Assembly (NCBI GenBank): GCA_902613855.1
Contig: CACMIX010000001.1
Span: 288,717 to 352,716 of the forward strand
Length of the DNA: 64,000 bases
Direction: 5' to 3'
DNA from: an uncultured Pelagibacteraceae bacterium
Lineage (GTDB): Bacteria; Pseudomonadota; Alphaproteobacteria; Pelagibacterales; Pelagibacteraceae
The notes beneath the pieces are model-generated. The model saw only the letters and a list, made by a program, of their open reading frames with translations, was not told the origin of the DNA and made no database searches. Position numbers and translations under genes: made by a program. Positions 9,654 to 20,099 of the stretch are shown here, piece after piece. How positions within the stretch are numbered: the stretch's first letter is position 1; each line of letters begins with the position of its first letter.

Positions 9654-10274
9654 ATGAAACCTTTAAATTTACAAAAAATTCAAATTAAATTGAGAAATAA
9701 ATTTTTAAAAGCAGGTGTTGAAATGTCAGGACCTGAGACGATTTTCTTTTCTAAAGATACAAAAATCGGAAAAAATGTTTCCATTGAACCTTATGTTGTT
9801 TTCGGCCCAAAAGTAAAAATTGGAAACAATGTTATAATCAAATCTTTTTCTCATTTAGAGTCTTGTAAAATTGAAAACAAAGTTGAGATTGGTCCTTATG
9901 CAAGAATAAGACCTGAAACAATTCTTAAAGAGGGTTCTAAAATTGGGAATTTTGTTGAAGTTAAAAAAAGTACTGTCGGTAAAAAATCAAAGGTAAATCA
10001 TTTATCCTATATTGGTGATACTGAAATTGGTAAAGCTGTAAATGTGGGAGCTGGTACGATAACTTGTAATTACGATGGTGTAAAAAAAAGTAAAACAAAA
10101 ATTGAGGATAAAGTATTTATAGGGTCAAATTCTTCATTGGTTGCTCCTCTTACAATTGAAAAACAAAGTATAGTAGGAGCAGGTTCAATTATAACAAAAA
10201 ATGTATCTAAAAAATCTTTGGCATTAACAAGATCTTTACAAACAGAAATCAAAAATTATAAGAGAAAAAAATAA
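9654..10274 (+). CDS. GlmU-like left-handed beta-helix acetyltransferase domain only (glucosamine-1-phosphate N-acetyltransferase); no uridyltransferase domain
   Basis: 206 aa. Aligns by eye with the C-terminal half of GlmU: GPYARIRPE, GNFVEVKKS, NHLSYIGD, GAGTITCNYDGVKKSKTKIEDKVFIGSNSSLVAPLTI. Adjacent to glmS. Confidence 0.75.
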   Translation: MKPLNLQKIQIKLRNKFLKAGVEMSGPETIFFSKDTKIGKNVSIEPYVVFGPKVKIGNNVIIKSFSHLESCKIENKVEIGPYARIRPETILKEGSKIGNFVEVKKSTVGKKSKVNHLSYIGDTEIGKAVNVGAGTITCNYDGVKKSKTKIEDKVFIGSNSSLVAPLTIEKQSIVGAGSIITKNVSKKSLALTRSLQTEIKNYKRKK

Positions 10275-10277
10275 ATT

Positions 10278-12098
10278 ATGTGCGGTATAATAGGAATTTC
10301 AAGTAATAAGTCAGTATCTGCAAGTATCATTAATTCACTAAAAAAGCTTGAATATAGAGGTTATGACTCAGCTGGGATTGCAACTCTTTTTGAAGGTGAA
10401 ATAAAAGAAGTGAAGTCTGAAGGTAGAGTGGACACTTTAGAACAAAATTTTGATTTAAAAAATTTAAAAGGCAACATTGGAATTGGTCATGTTAGATGGG
10501 CTACACATGGGGTACCAAACACTATTAATGCTCATCCACACTCATCTCACAATGTGACTGTTGTTCACAATGGTATTATAGAAAATTCAACTATATTAAA
10601 AAAATATTTAACAACTAAAGGCCATATATTTAAATCTCAAACAGACACTGAGGTAATAGTACATTTAATTACTGAAAATTTGAAAACTGATGAATTAGAG
10701 GAAGCTATAACCAAAACATTAAAACAACTTCACGGTAGTTTTGCTTTAGGAATTGTTTTTAAAGATATTCCTGACTTAATAGTGGGAGCTAGAAGAGGTT
10801 CACCTTTAGCTGTAGGCTATGGACCAAATGAAAATTATTTAGGTTCAGATTCTTATGCTCTTAAGGCAATGACTAATAAAATTACTTATCTTGATGATGG
10901 TGAATTTTGTATAATTAAAAAGGATCAAGTTTTATTCTTCAATGAAGAAGGAAAAAAAATAAATAAAAAAATCCTAGAACTTTCATCGGACGAAACTAGC
11001 TATGAAAAAGGTGATTTTAAGCATTTTATGGCCAAGGAAATTGAAGAACAACCAACTAGCATCAAAACTGGTATTAAGGAATATATAGATAAAACAAATT
11101 CAGAGATAAATATTTATAATTTTCCCTGGAAGATGAGTGAAATTAATTCAATTACTTTAATAGGTTGTGGAACTGCCTATCATTCCTGTTTAATGGCTAA
11201 ATATTGGTTTGAGGAATTAACCCAACTTGATGTTTCTATAGATATTGCTTCAGAATTTAGGTATCGAAAAAATAGATTTAAAAAGGATTCTCTATATGTA
11301 TTTGTTTCACAATCAGGCGAAACGGCAGATACGTATGCGGCACTAGACCTGTGTAACAAAAACAATATGAAAACTTGTGCTGTAGTTAATATAATTGAGA
11401 GTTCTATTGCAAGAGATGCAAATTTTATATTACCAATTCATTGTGGCCCAGAAATTGGTGTTGCATCTACTAAAGCTTTTTTAGGACAGATATTAATTCT
11501 ATATATTTTAGCCTTAAAATTAGGATCTTTAAGAAATGAAATTATCAAAGAGAGTTACAAAGAAAAAATTAAAGACTTACTCAGTTTACCAAGTTTAATT
11601 GAAAAATCATTATTAATAGATAATGATATTCAAGCTATATCCTCTACTTTTAATGAAGCAAAAGGCTCAATGTTTTTGGGAAGGGGTTTTTCATATCCAA
11701 TCGCACTTGAAGGTGCTTTAAAATTAAAAGAATTATCTTATGTCCATGCAGAAGGTTATCCTGCAGGTGAGATGAAACATGGCCCATTGGCATTGATTGA
11801 AGATGGAATGCCAGTTGTGGTGTTAGCTCCAAGAGACAGTTATTATAAAAAAACTATTTCAAATATGCAGGAAGTAATAGCAAGAGGGGCAAAAGTTTTA
11901 TTAATAACTAACAAAAGTAAAGACGAAATTGTTTCTGAAAATATTTGGGAAACTATTGAAGTTGAAAATACAAATGATGACTTACTTCCTTTTCTTTTAA
12001 CAATCCCACTTCAAAAATTGGCATATTATTCTGCACTTAAAAAAGGATATGATATCGATAAGCCAAGAAATTTGGCTAAATCTGTCACTGTTGAATAA
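10278..12098 (+). CDS. glmS: glutamine--fructose-6-phosphate aminotransferase (isomerising)
   Basis: N-terminal nucleophile MCGIIG, two SIS domains, C-terminal LAKSVTVE. 606 aa. Confidence 0.95.
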   Translation: MCGIIGISSNKSVSASIINSLKKLEYRGYDSAGIATLFEGEIKEVKSEGRVDTLEQNFDLKNLKGNIGIGHVRWATHGVPNTINAHPHSSHNVTVVHNGIIENSTILKKYLTTKGHIFKSQTDTEVIVHLITENLKTDELEEAITKTLKQLHGSFALGIVFKDIPDLIVGARRGSPLAVGYGPNENYLGSDSYALKAMTNKITYLDDGEFCIIKKDQVLFFNEEGKKINKKILELSSDETSYEKGDFKHFMAKEIEEQPTSIKTGIKEYIDKTNSEINIYNFPWKMSEINSITLIGCGTAYHSCLMAKYWFEELTQLDVSIDIASEFRYRKNRFKKDSLYVFVSQSGETADTYAALDLCNKNNMKTCAVVNIIESSIARDANFILPIHCGPEIGVASTKAFLGQILILYILALKLGSLRNEIIKESYKEKIKDLLSLPSLIEKSLLIDNDIQAISSTFNEAKGSMFLGRGFSYPIALEGALKLKELSYVHAEGYPAGEMKHGPLALIEDGMPVVVLAPRDSYYKKTISNMQEVIARGAKVLLITNKSKDEIVSENIWETIEVENTNDDLLPFLLTIPLQKLAYYSALKKGYDIDKPRNLAKSVTVE

Positions 12099-12133
12099 AA
12101 TTTAAACTCTGCTAAAACACCTGCAGGTTGCAT

Positions 12134-13513
12134 ATGAAAAATTGGAAAAAAAATAGTTGGAGAAAATATCCTGTTAAACACATACCAGAGTATCCAGATA
12201 AAAAAGAATTGGATACAGTTTTGGATAAAATAGGAACGTTTCCACCATTAGTTTTTGCAGGAGAAACTAGACATTTAAAAGACCAACTTGCTGAAGTTGT
12301 GGACGGAAAAGCTTTTCTTCTCCAAGGTGGAGATTGTGCTGAAAGTTTTGCTGAATTTAATCCAGACAATATAAGAGACACATTTAAACTATTATTACAG
12401 ATGTCTTTAGTTTTAACATATTCAGCCTCCTTACCAGTTGTGAAACTTGGAAGAATAGCTGGTCAATTTTCAAAACCGAGAAGTTCACCAGTTGAAAAAA
12501 AAAATGGTATAGAACTTCCCAGTTATCTAGGAGACAACATTAATGGAATGGAATTTAATGAAAAAGCAAGAGTTCCTGATCCAAAAAGATTATTTAAGGC
12601 TTATTCACAGTCAGCTGCAACACTCAATCTTATAAGAGCTTTTTCAAAAGGAGGTTTTGCAGATTTAAACAAAGTACATTTATGGAATTTAGATTATATT
12701 AAAAAAAGTCCACAAGCTAAAAAATTTAAAGACCTTGAAGATAAAATTGCTGATGCTATAGCTTTTATGAGAGCATGTGGGATAACATCGGATTTTAACA
12801 ATAGGCTCTACACTGTTAATTTTTGGACATCGCATGAAGCTTTATTATTACCTTTTGAAGAGTCTATGACAAGAACAGACTCTACTACTGGTGAGAACCA
12901 TGATACATCAGCTCATTTTGTTTGGATTGGAGATAGAACTAGACAACTAGATGGCGGACATGTTGAATTTTGCAGAGGAATAGAAAACCCAATTGGAATT
13001 AAATGTGGACCAACATTAAAATCTGATGATCTAATTAATTTATGTAATAAAATTAACCCAAAAAATGAGAAAGGTAAAATTACATTAATTTCAAGATTTG
13101 GTGCAGATAATGTTTCAAAACATTTACCAAAACTTATTCGAGCAATTAAAAAAGAGGGGCTTAATGTTATTTGGTCGTGTGACCCATGTCATGGAAATAC
13201 TATTCAAGCAGTTACAGGTTTTAAAACAAGACCTTTCAATAGAGTTTTAAAAGAAGTTAAAGATGTTTTTGCTTGTCATCAAAGTGAAGGAAGCTATGCA
13301 GGAGGACTTCATATAGAGCTTACTGGTCAAAATGTAACAGAATGTATAGGAGGTGCTCAAAAAATATCTGAGCAAGATCTATCATCAAGATATCACACCC
13401 ATTGTGACCCAAGATTAAATTCAAATCAGGCTTTGGAATTAGCCTTTTTGATATCAGATGAGATTAAAAAGAATAGCTCTTATTCAAAAAACGCAAATAG
13501 AGCGGCATCTTAA
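12134..13513 (+). CDS. 3-deoxy-7-phosphoheptulonate (DAHP) synthase, class II (plant-like)
   Basis: About 459 aa. N-terminal [14 protein letters not shown], then [11 protein letters not shown] and HIELTG motifs typical of class II DAHPS. Start set at the ATG at 12134. Confidence 0.85.
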   Translation: MKNWKKNSWRKYPVKHIPEYPDKKELDTVLDKIGTFPPLVFAGETRHLKDQLAEVVDGKAFLLQGGDCAESFAEFNPDNIRDTFKLLLQMSLVLTYSASLPVVKLGRIAGQFSKPRSSPVEKKNGIELPSYLGDNINGMEFNEKARVPDPKRLFKAYSQSAATLNLIRAFSKGGFADLNKVHLWNLDYIKKSPQAKKFKDLEDKIADAIAFMRACGITSDFNNRLYTVNFWTSHEALLLPFEESMTRTDSTTGENHDTSAHFVWIGDRTRQLDGGHVEFCRGIENPIGIKCGPTLKSDDLINLCNKINPKNEKGKITLISRFGADNVSKHLPKLIRAIKKEGLNVIWSCDPCHGNTIQAVTGFKTRPFNRVLKEVKDVFACHQSEGSYAGGLHIELTGQNVTECIGGAQKISEQDLSSRYHTHCDPRLNSNQALELAFLISDEIKKNSSYSKNANRAAS

Positions 13514-13551
13514 AACATTGCAAAATCACAATAAATTAATATTAAGATATT

Positions 13552-14289
13552 ATGAATAATTCTGAAAAAGTTAAATTTATTTCTAACTGGATTAAAGATT
13601 ACGCAAATAATATGCCATCTAAGGCAGAGTCTTTAGTTATTGGTATCTCCGGGGGAATAGACTCCTCAGTATCAAGCACCTTAAGTGCTATGACAGGTTT
13701 AAGAACAATTGTTTTGTCCATGCCTATTAAGCAAAAATCACATCAGCATGATTTAAGTTTAAAACATCAAGAGTGGTTAGTAAAAAATTTTAAAAATGTT
13801 GAAGGACATACAGTTAATTTAGATGAATTATTTTTAGCTTTTAGTACCAGTTTATCTAAATTTAATAACGAACATGGGATGGCAAATTCAAGAGCAAGAT
13901 TAAGAATGACAACTCTTTACCAGGTAGCTGCAGCCAATAAAGGGATTGTTGTAGGAACAGGAAACAAAGTTGAAGATTTTGGAGTTGGATTTTACACTAA
14001 ATATGGAGATGGTGGAGTTGATATATCACCTATAGCTGACTGCAATAAAACTCAAATTTGGGAATTAGGAAAAGAACTTGGAATTTTAAACGAAATAATT
14101 GAAGCTGCACCAACGGATGGGTTGTGGGATGATGGCAGAACTGATGAAGGTCAACTAGGACTTAAATATGACGAATTAGAAGAGGCTATGGCCAATCCTA
14201 ATTCTCCGAATCGAGCTAAATACGAAACTATAAGAAAACAAAATATGCATAAAATGGAGCCTATTCCAGTATGCATAATTCCAAATTAA
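13552..14289 (+). CDS. nadE: ammonia-dependent NAD+ synthetase
   Basis: PP-loop ISGGIDSSV, plus GTGNKVEDFGVGFYTKYGDGGVDISPI. 245 aa. Confidence 0.85.
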   Translation: MNNSEKVKFISNWIKDYANNMPSKAESLVIGISGGIDSSVSSTLSAMTGLRTIVLSMPIKQKSHQHDLSLKHQEWLVKNFKNVEGHTVNLDELFLAFSTSLSKFNNEHGMANSRARLRMTTLYQVAAANKGIVVGTGNKVEDFGVGFYTKYGDGGVDISPIADCNKTQIWELGKELGILNEIIEAAPTDGLWDDGRTDEGQLGLKYDELEEAMANPNSPNRAKYETIRKQNMHKMEPIPVCIIPN

Positions 14290-14291
14290 TC

Positions 14292-14316
14292 AAATAGATT
14301 CACAAATCTATTTTTT
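14292..14316 (+). terminator. candidate Rho-independent terminator after nadE
   Basis: Perfect 9-bp stem AAATAGATT / AATCTATTT (14292-14300 and 14305-14313), loop CACA, followed by TTT (a run of six T including the last stem bases). The stem is AT-rich, so it is weak. Confidence 0.4.
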
Positions 14317-14334
14317 AAGTATATTCCTAAAATC

Positions 14335-15690
14335 ATGGGTAATGAAATTTTTTTAACCAATAATCTTAGCAACAAAAAAGAAAAATTTGTTCCTATAGAT
14401 GAAGAAAATATTAGAATGTATGTTTGCGGTCCAACTGTGTATGACGATCCTCATATTGGTAATGCAAGACCAATTGTTGTTTTTGATATTCTTTATAAAA
14501 TTTTTAAAAAAAAATATACAAAAGTTACTTATGTTAGAAATATAACTGATGTTGATGATAAAATTATAAATTCATCAAAGGAAAAAAATATTTCCATTTC
14601 TGAATTGACTAATACAGTTATTAAGAATTTCGATAAAGATTGTAAATACTTAAATTGTGATATCCCTACACATCAACCAAAAGCAACAGAGCATATAGAT
14701 ATAATGATTGAAATGATTTCTGAGTTAATAAAAAAAGGATTTGCTTATGAGGAAAATCAGCATGTGTATTTTGAGGTAAATAAATTTAAAGATTATGGAA
14801 AACTTTCAAATAAAAATCTAGATGAATTAATTGCTGGATCAAGAGTTGAAGTAAGTGATAACAAAAAAAATTCACAAGATTTTGTTCTGTGGAAACCTTC
14901 TAAGGATGATGAGCCCTCTTGGGAGTCACCTTGGGGCAAAGGAAGACCTGGTTGGCATCTAGAATGTTCTGCTATGTCAAAAAAGCTTCTTGGAAATGAG
15001 TTTGATATTCATGGAGGTGGCATAGACTTATTATTCCCACACCATGAAAATGAAATTGCACAATCAAGATGTGCAAATGATACAAAAGTTTTTGCAAATT
15101 ACTGGTTGCATAATGCATTTATAACAATGTCGAATGAAAAAATGGCTAAATCGCAGGGAAATATTTTAAAAATAAAGGATTTTAGGAATAAGGTAAATGG
15201 TCAAGTATTAAGATTGGCTTTAATGAGTGCACATTATAAACAACCATTAGATTGGAATGATAAACTTTTAATTGATTGTCAAAATACAATTAGTAAATGG
15301 TACAATGTTTACTCATCTGATCATCACAAAGAAGAAGTTGATGATGAAATTCTAAAACCACTTTACGACGATTTAAATACGCCAGGCTACATTGCTAACC
15401 TTCATAAATTGTATGAGAAAGCACAAAAAGGTAATTTCACTGACAAAGCATTATTTACCTCTGCATGTAATTTTATAGGTTTATTGAATGAAACAGAAAT
15501 TGAATGGTTAGAATTTAAGATAAATAAACTTTCGATAAATGAAGCTGAAATTTTAGATAAAATTGAGCGAAGAAATAAAGCTAGAGAAGATAAAAACTAT
15601 AAAGAAGCTGATAAAATAAGAGAAGAGCTTTTAGACAAAGGTGTTTTAATAGAGGATAAAGATGGTAAAACCACGTGGAAATTTAAATGA
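14335..15690 (+). CDS. cysS: cysteine--tRNA ligase
   Basis: HIGH motif (PHIGNARP), KMSKS variant (KMAKSQGN), and Zn/Cys-binding region WHLECS. 451 aa. Confidence 0.95.
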   Translation: MGNEIFLTNNLSNKKEKFVPIDEENIRMYVCGPTVYDDPHIGNARPIVVFDILYKIFKKKYTKVTYVRNITDVDDKIINSSKEKNISISELTNTVIKNFDKDCKYLNCDIPTHQPKATEHIDIMIEMISELIKKGFAYEENQHVYFEVNKFKDYGKLSNKNLDELIAGSRVEVSDNKKNSQDFVLWKPSKDDEPSWESPWGKGRPGWHLECSAMSKKLLGNEFDIHGGGIDLLFPHHENEIAQSRCANDTKVFANYWLHNAFITMSNEKMAKSQGNILKIKDFRNKVNGQVLRLALMSAHYKQPLDWNDKLLIDCQNTISKWYNVYSSDHHKEEVDDEILKPLYDDLNTPGYIANLHKLYEKAQKGNFTDKALFTSACNFIGLLNETEIEWLEFKINKLSINEAEILDKIERRNKAREDKNYKEADKIREELLDKGVLIEDKDGKTTWKFK

Positions 15691-17288
15691 GTAAAGAGCA
15701 ACTATATATATTTGACACCACTCTTCGTGACGGAGCACAAACACAAGGTGTAGATTTCTCAATTGATGACAAAGAGAAAATATCCTCTTCTCTAGATGAA
15801 CTCGGTGTTGATTATATCGAGGGGGGTTGGCCTGGAGCAAACCCAACTGATACAGAATTTTTTAACAAAGATCACAATTTTAAAACAGCTAACTTAACTG
15901 CATTTGGAATGACAAAGAAATCAGATCATAGCGCTGAAAATGATCCAATGTTATCCTCTTTAATTAATTCAAAAAGTAAATCAGTTTGCTTGTTTGGAAA
16001 ATCATGGGATTTTCAAGTTGACATAGCACTTGGTATTTCAAACGAAGAAAACCTAAATAATATTACTGAAAGTGCAAAACACATTGTTAAATCAGGTAAG
16101 GAATTTATGTTTGATGCGGAACATTTTTTTGATGGATATAAAGCAAATGCTGATTATGCGCTTACTTGTCTAAAATCTGCTTATGATAATGGAGCAAGAT
16201 GGATTGTTTTATGTGATACAAATGGTGGAACACTTCCTCATGAAGTTGAAAAAATTGTTAATGAAGTTACAAAACATATACCAGGAAAAAATTTAGGTAT
16301 TCATGCTCACAATGATACAGAAAATGCTGTAGCAAATAGTTTAACTGCAGTTCAAGCTGGTGTGAGACAAGTTCAAGGAACTATAAATGGGCTAGGTGAA
16401 AGATGTGGTAATGCTAACTTAACATCTCTGATCCCAACTTTTTTTTTAAAAAAAGATTTTTATAAAAATTATCAACTAAATATTAAACGTGACAATCTAA
16501 AAAATTTGACACAATGTTCAAGATTGTTAGACGAATTACTTAATAGAAAGCCTAATAAACATTTACCTTATGTTGGTGCATCTGCTTTTTCTCACAAAGG
16601 AGGAATGCATGTTTCTGCAGTTCAAAAAGATCCAAAAACTTATGAACACATAAATCCTGAGGAAGTAGGAAATTCTAGAAATATTGTTGTTTCAGATCAA
16701 TCAGGGCAATCAAATATTATATCAAGATTAAATTCAATTGGTATAAAAGTAGAGAAAAATGATCCTAAAATAAAAAAACTTCTTGAAGACGTAAAAGATA
16801 GAGAATTTATAGGATATAGTTACGACGGAGCAGATGCTTCTTTTGAATTACTTGCAAGAAGATTGATGGGTGACATACCACGATATATTTCAATTAATGA
16901 GTATGATGTTTCTGTTAAAAAAGATAAATCTGGTGAAATTATTTCTCATGCTAAAGCTAAATTAGAAGTGGACGGCCAAAAAATATTATGTGAGGGAGAA
17001 GGTAATGGACCTGTTAATGCTTTAGATAACGCAATTAGAAAAAACGTTAATAAACTTGATAAGTATTCAGAATATTTAAAAGATTTAAGATTAGTCGACT
17101 ATAAGGTTAGAATTTTAAATACGGGAACCGAAGCGGTAACAAGAGTTAGTATTGAAAGCACAGACTCTAAAGGATTAAATTGGTTTACAATAGGAGTCTC
17201 ACCAAATATTATTGATGCATCCTTTAAAGCACTCATCGATAGTTTAGATTATAAACTATATAAAGATAAAGCTCCTGCCAGTCTTTAA
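15687..17288 (+). CDS. cimA: citramalate synthase (LeuA/CimA family, long form with C-terminal LeuA-dimer regulatory domain)
   Basis: IFDTTLRDGAQ and HAHNDTENAVANSL. At 533 aa, the length and C-terminal domain fit the citramalate synthase subgroup rather than canonical LeuA. The subgroup assignment is an inference. Confidence 0.7.
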   Translation: MSKEQLYIFDTTLRDGAQTQGVDFSIDDKEKISSSLDELGVDYIEGGWPGANPTDTEFFNKDHNFKTANLTAFGMTKKSDHSAENDPMLSSLINSKSKSVCLFGKSWDFQVDIALGISNEENLNNITESAKHIVKSGKEFMFDAEHFFDGYKANADYALTCLKSAYDNGARWIVLCDTNGGTLPHEVEKIVNEVTKHIPGKNLGIHAHNDTENAVANSLTAVQAGVRQVQGTINGLGERCGNANLTSLIPTFFLKKDFYKNYQLNIKRDNLKNLTQCSRLLDELLNRKPNKHLPYVGASAFSHKGGMHVSAVQKDPKTYEHINPEEVGNSRNIVVSDQSGQSNIISRLNSIGIKVEKNDPKIKKLLEDVKDREFIGYSYDGADASFELLARRLMGDIPRYISINEYDVSVKKDKSGEIISHAKAKLEVDGQKILCEGEGNGPVNALDNAIRKNVNKLDKYSEYLKDLRLVDYKVRILNTGTEAVTRVSIESTDSKGLNWFTIGVSPNIIDASFKALIDSLDYKLYKDKAPASL

Positions 17289-17290
17289 GT

Positions 17291-18154
17291 ATGAAGATTA
17301 AAAAGTTTTCTACCAAACCTACAGATATCAATGAGAGAATTGGTGCAAAACCAGTTGTTTGCTATCCAAATAATAAAATTGAAGAAAAAAACTTAAATAT
17401 TTTACATTTAGCTCGAAAAAATTTGAATAAAAAAAATGAAATAATAATTCCTCCAAGAGACGCTAAAACATTTCAAGTTAAAAAGGGCGAATTCTTTAGA
17501 ATAGAAAGTGTCGAGGGACCTCAAGTAGGAGACTTAAATCTTTTTAATTTGAATAACTTAACTGAAAAATTTTATTCTGGGAAAACTAGAGCACTTTATG
17601 GAACACATCTTTCAGTAGGGGATAAAATGTTTAGTAGTTTTCCTTATCTAAGATCTTTAGCAACTATTACATGGGATACGTTAGATTGGTATGATTATGA
17701 TAATGACGGTGGATCAGTACATGATGTAATTGGAACTAGGTGCGATCCTTATACTTCAAAGCTTCTATCGGGTAATGACTACCATTACTGTTGTCATTCA
17801 AATTTAATTAGAGCTCTAGTCAAAGAAAAAAAACTTAAAATTAATGAAGCTGAAAAAATCGTTCATGATGTTTTAAATGTTTTTATGTTAACTGGATTTA
17901 CAAATGATACTAAGCAATATTTTATGAAGGCAAGTCCTGTAAGACCAGGTGACTATTTAGAATTTTTTGCAGAGACTGATTTATTGGGAGCTCTATCAGC
18001 TTGTCCTGGCGGAGATTGTGGATCTGAACATTCCTCTGATGTAGCAAAATGTTACCCATTGAAAGTGAGTATATGGCAAACAGATGAAAAATTTTTAAGT
18101 GATTTAGATACATCTGAAATTTCAAATTATGATAGAAGTCACGGCATAGACTAA
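17291..18154 (+). CDS. DUF1989 (urea-carboxylase-associated-like) family protein
   Basis: 287 aa. N-terminal IIPPRDAKTFQVKKGEFFRIESVEGPQVGDLNLFN resembles the DUF1989 signature. Cys-rich C-terminal part (ACPGGDCG). Confidence 0.55.
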   Translation: MKIKKFSTKPTDINERIGAKPVVCYPNNKIEEKNLNILHLARKNLNKKNEIIIPPRDAKTFQVKKGEFFRIESVEGPQVGDLNLFNLNNLTEKFYSGKTRALYGTHLSVGDKMFSSFPYLRSLATITWDTLDWYDYDNDGGSVHDVIGTRCDPYTSKLLSGNDYHYCCHSNLIRALVKEKKLKINEAEKIVHDVLNVFMLTGFTNDTKQYFMKASPVRPGDYLEFFAETDLLGALSACPGGDCGSEHSSDVAKCYPLKVSIWQTDEKFLSDLDTSEISNYDRSHGID

Positions 18155-18156
18155 TT

Positions 18157-18870
18157 ATGTCAATCAGTAATATTTCATTTATTTTACATAAACCACAATT
18201 ATCAGAAAACATTGGTGCATGTGCAAGAGCTATGAAAAATTTTAGCTTTCAAAAAATGATTGTAGTAGCCCCTAAGCCTATATATCCAAATGATAAAATT
18301 TTAGCTACATCTGTGGGAGCAAAAAATATTATTAGCAAGAGTAAAAATTTTGATAATTTAGAGACTGCTTTAAAAAATATTGATGTAGTAATTGCTACTT
18401 CAGCTAGGTTTAGAAATAAAAATATCAAACATATTCAATTACAAGATTTAAAGAAGATTGATTATAAAAAAAAAGTGGCTTTCTTATTTGGATCTGAAGC
18501 TTCAGGACTTTCAAATAACGAGATAAGTTATGCAAATTATACCCTTCAGATACCAACTAACCCAGATTTTAAATCCCTTAACTTGTCTCACAGTTTAATT
18601 ATAATTGCTCAAGTTGTGCATAGCATTATTTATTCAAAAATTTCTAGTTTTAAAAAATCTAAAAAAATCAAGCCAGCCTCAAAAAAAGACATATTATCAA
18701 TGACCAATTTATGTCTTAAAAATTTAGAGGAAATAGAGTTTTTTAAACCCAAAGAAAAGAAACCTCTAATGCTTGAGAACTTGAGAAATATTTTTTATAG
18801 GATGGAATTATCTTCTAAGGAAACACGTATTTTATCAAGTGTATTTGCTAGTTTAGGAAAAAAACGTTGA
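18157..18870 (+). CDS. SpoU/TrmH-family RNA 2'-O-methyltransferase, TrmJ-like
   Basis: 237 aa. N-terminal LHKPQLSENIGACARAMKNF and FGSEASGLSN motifs of the SPOUT class (group 1/TrmJ-like), with a C-terminal extension. Confidence 0.7.
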   Translation: MSISNISFILHKPQLSENIGACARAMKNFSFQKMIVVAPKPIYPNDKILATSVGAKNIISKSKNFDNLETALKNIDVVIATSARFRNKNIKHIQLQDLKKIDYKKKVAFLFGSEASGLSNNEISYANYTLQIPTNPDFKSLNLSHSLIIIAQVVHSIIYSKISSFKKSKKIKPASKKDILSMTNLCLKNLEEIEFFKPKEKKPLMLENLRNIFYRMELSSKETRILSSVFASLGKKR

Positions 18871-18898
18871 TTGACAAAACAATGAGTAAGTTTATAAA
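18871..18898 (+). promoter_or_regulatory. candidate sigma70-type promoter for rpsD
   Basis: TTGACA (18871-18876), 16-nt spacer, TATAAA (18893-18898). The ATG is at 18911, which implies a very short leader. Confidence 0.4.
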
Positions 18899-18910
18899 CC
18901 CCTCTATTAA

Positions 18911-19528
18911 ATGACTAAAAGATTAAACTCTAAACATAAAGTAGACAGAAGGTTAAAGGTTAACCTTTGGGGTAGACCAAAAAGTCCATTTAATACTAGA
19001 GCTTATGGACCTGGACAACACGGTCAGACCAGATCATCTAAGCCTTCAGATTATGGAATCCAATTACAAGCTAAGCAAAAATTAAAAGCTTACTATGGTA
19101 ATATCAACGAAAGACAGTTTAGAAATATTTATAAAAAAGCTGTAATGCTTAAAGGAGATACAGGTGAGAATTTAATAGGTTTACTAGAAAGAAGATTGGA
19201 TGCAGTCATTTACAGAGCAAAATTTGCAACAACAATATTTTCAGCTAGACAACTTATTAACCATGGACATGTTAAAGTTAATGGTAAAAAAGTTAATATC
19301 GGGAGTTATTTGGTTAAAGAGGAAGATTCAATTGAAATAAGAGATAAGTCTAAACAATTAGCAATTGTTGATATTGCCTTAGCAAATAAGGAAAGAGAAA
19401 CTCCAGAATATATTCAAATGGATGAAAAAAATAAAAAGTTGAAATTTGTAAGAACTCCAAAGTTTGAAGAAGTTCCTTATCCAATTGTTATGGAACCTAA
19501 TCTAGTTATTGAATATTACTCTAGATAA
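18911..19528 (+). CDS. rpsD: 30S ribosomal protein S4
   Basis: 205 aa with full-length S4 sequence, including the S4 RNA-binding domain ([37 protein letters not shown]). Confidence 0.97.
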   Translation: MTKRLNSKHKVDRRLKVNLWGRPKSPFNTRAYGPGQHGQTRSSKPSDYGIQLQAKQKLKAYYGNINERQFRNIYKKAVMLKGDTGENLIGLLERRLDAVIYRAKFATTIFSARQLINHGHVKVNGKKVNIGSYLVKEEDSIEIRDKSKQLAIVDIALANKERETPEYIQMDEKNKKLKFVRTPKFEEVPYPIVMEPNLVIEYYSR

Positions 19529-19867
19529 TTAATTTTTAGCTTTAAAATTAATATTTTTACTTTCAAGCAGTTTAGCGAGTTCACCACTTTCAAACATTTC
19601 TTTTATGATGTCACATCCACCAACAAATTCATTTTTAACATATAATTGCGGGATAGTAGGCCAATCGCTATAAATTTTTATACCTTCTCTAAGTTTCTGA
19701 TCTGCTAGAACATTTACACCTTTAAAATTTACTTCCATTACTTTTAAAATGTTAGACGTAGCCATTGAAAATCCACACTGAGGTGCATCGGGAGTACCTT
19801 TCATGAATAGGCAAACTTCGTTATTTTCAATTTCATTTTTAATTAAATCATTTGTTTCCTGGTCCAT
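19529..19867 (-). CDS. grxD: monothiol glutaredoxin (Grx4 family)
   Basis: CGFS active site (PQCGFS) and WPTIPQLYV. 112 aa. Confidence 0.92.
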   Translation of the reverse strand: MDQETNDLIKNEIENNEVCLFMKGTPDAPQCGFSMATSNILKVMEVNFKGVNVLADQKLREGIKIYSDWPTIPQLYVKNEFVGGCDIIKEMFESGELAKLLESKNINFKAKN

Positions 19868-19868
19868 T

Positions 19869-20099
19869 TTAATTTTCCTTTGTTTTGATTGCTAAAGCAT
19901 GTAATTCGTTACCCATTCTTCCTTTTAATGAGTTGTAAACCATTTTATGCTGTTCTATTTTACTTTTTCCTGAAAATTGAGATGAAGTTATTGTTGCGGA
20001 GTAATGATTTCCATCACCAGCTAAGTCCTGAATTTCAACAACAGCATCAGGCATTGCTTCCTTAATTAGACTTTCAATTTCATTTAAATTCATTGCCAT
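19869..20099 (-). CDS. BolA family protein
   Basis: 76 aa with a BolA-like sequence ([17 protein letters not shown]). Adjacent to its usual partner, the monothiol Grx. Confidence 0.85.
   Translation of the reverse strand: MAMNLNEIESLIKEAMPDAVVEIQDLAGDGNHYSATITSSQFSGKSKIEQHKMVYNSLKGRMGNELHALAIKTKEN

Noticed and set aside
12119-12128. Perfect GC-rich 10-bp palindrome ACCTGCAGGT just before the DAHP synthase ATG.
   Set aside because: It is too short and has no loop, so it cannot form a terminator. It occurs once and has no second half-site context. It could be chance or a restriction-type site, and the evidence is insufficient.
12112-12381. 89-aa minus-strand ORF overlapping the DAHP synthase 5' end. 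The other 60-115 aa antisense or shadow ORFs in the track fall in the same class, for example 2651-2863, 5494-5706, 7523-7777, 10070-10252, 11180-11365, 11650-11832, 15646-15846, 17922-18212, 21129-21368, 22259-22480, 23590-23796, 26263-26607, 28082-28273, 30641-30856, 32385-32618, 32754-32957, 33347-33592, 35077-35274, 37183-37446, 39194-39382, 39412-39606, 41283-41543, 47158-47373, 48713-48937, 61340-61612, 62224-62475 and 62543-62800.
   Set aside because: Each is fully embedded in a longer ORF with clear homology-type motifs on the other strand or in another frame. Their low-complexity F/L/I/S-rich translations are typical of antisense AT-rich coding DNA.
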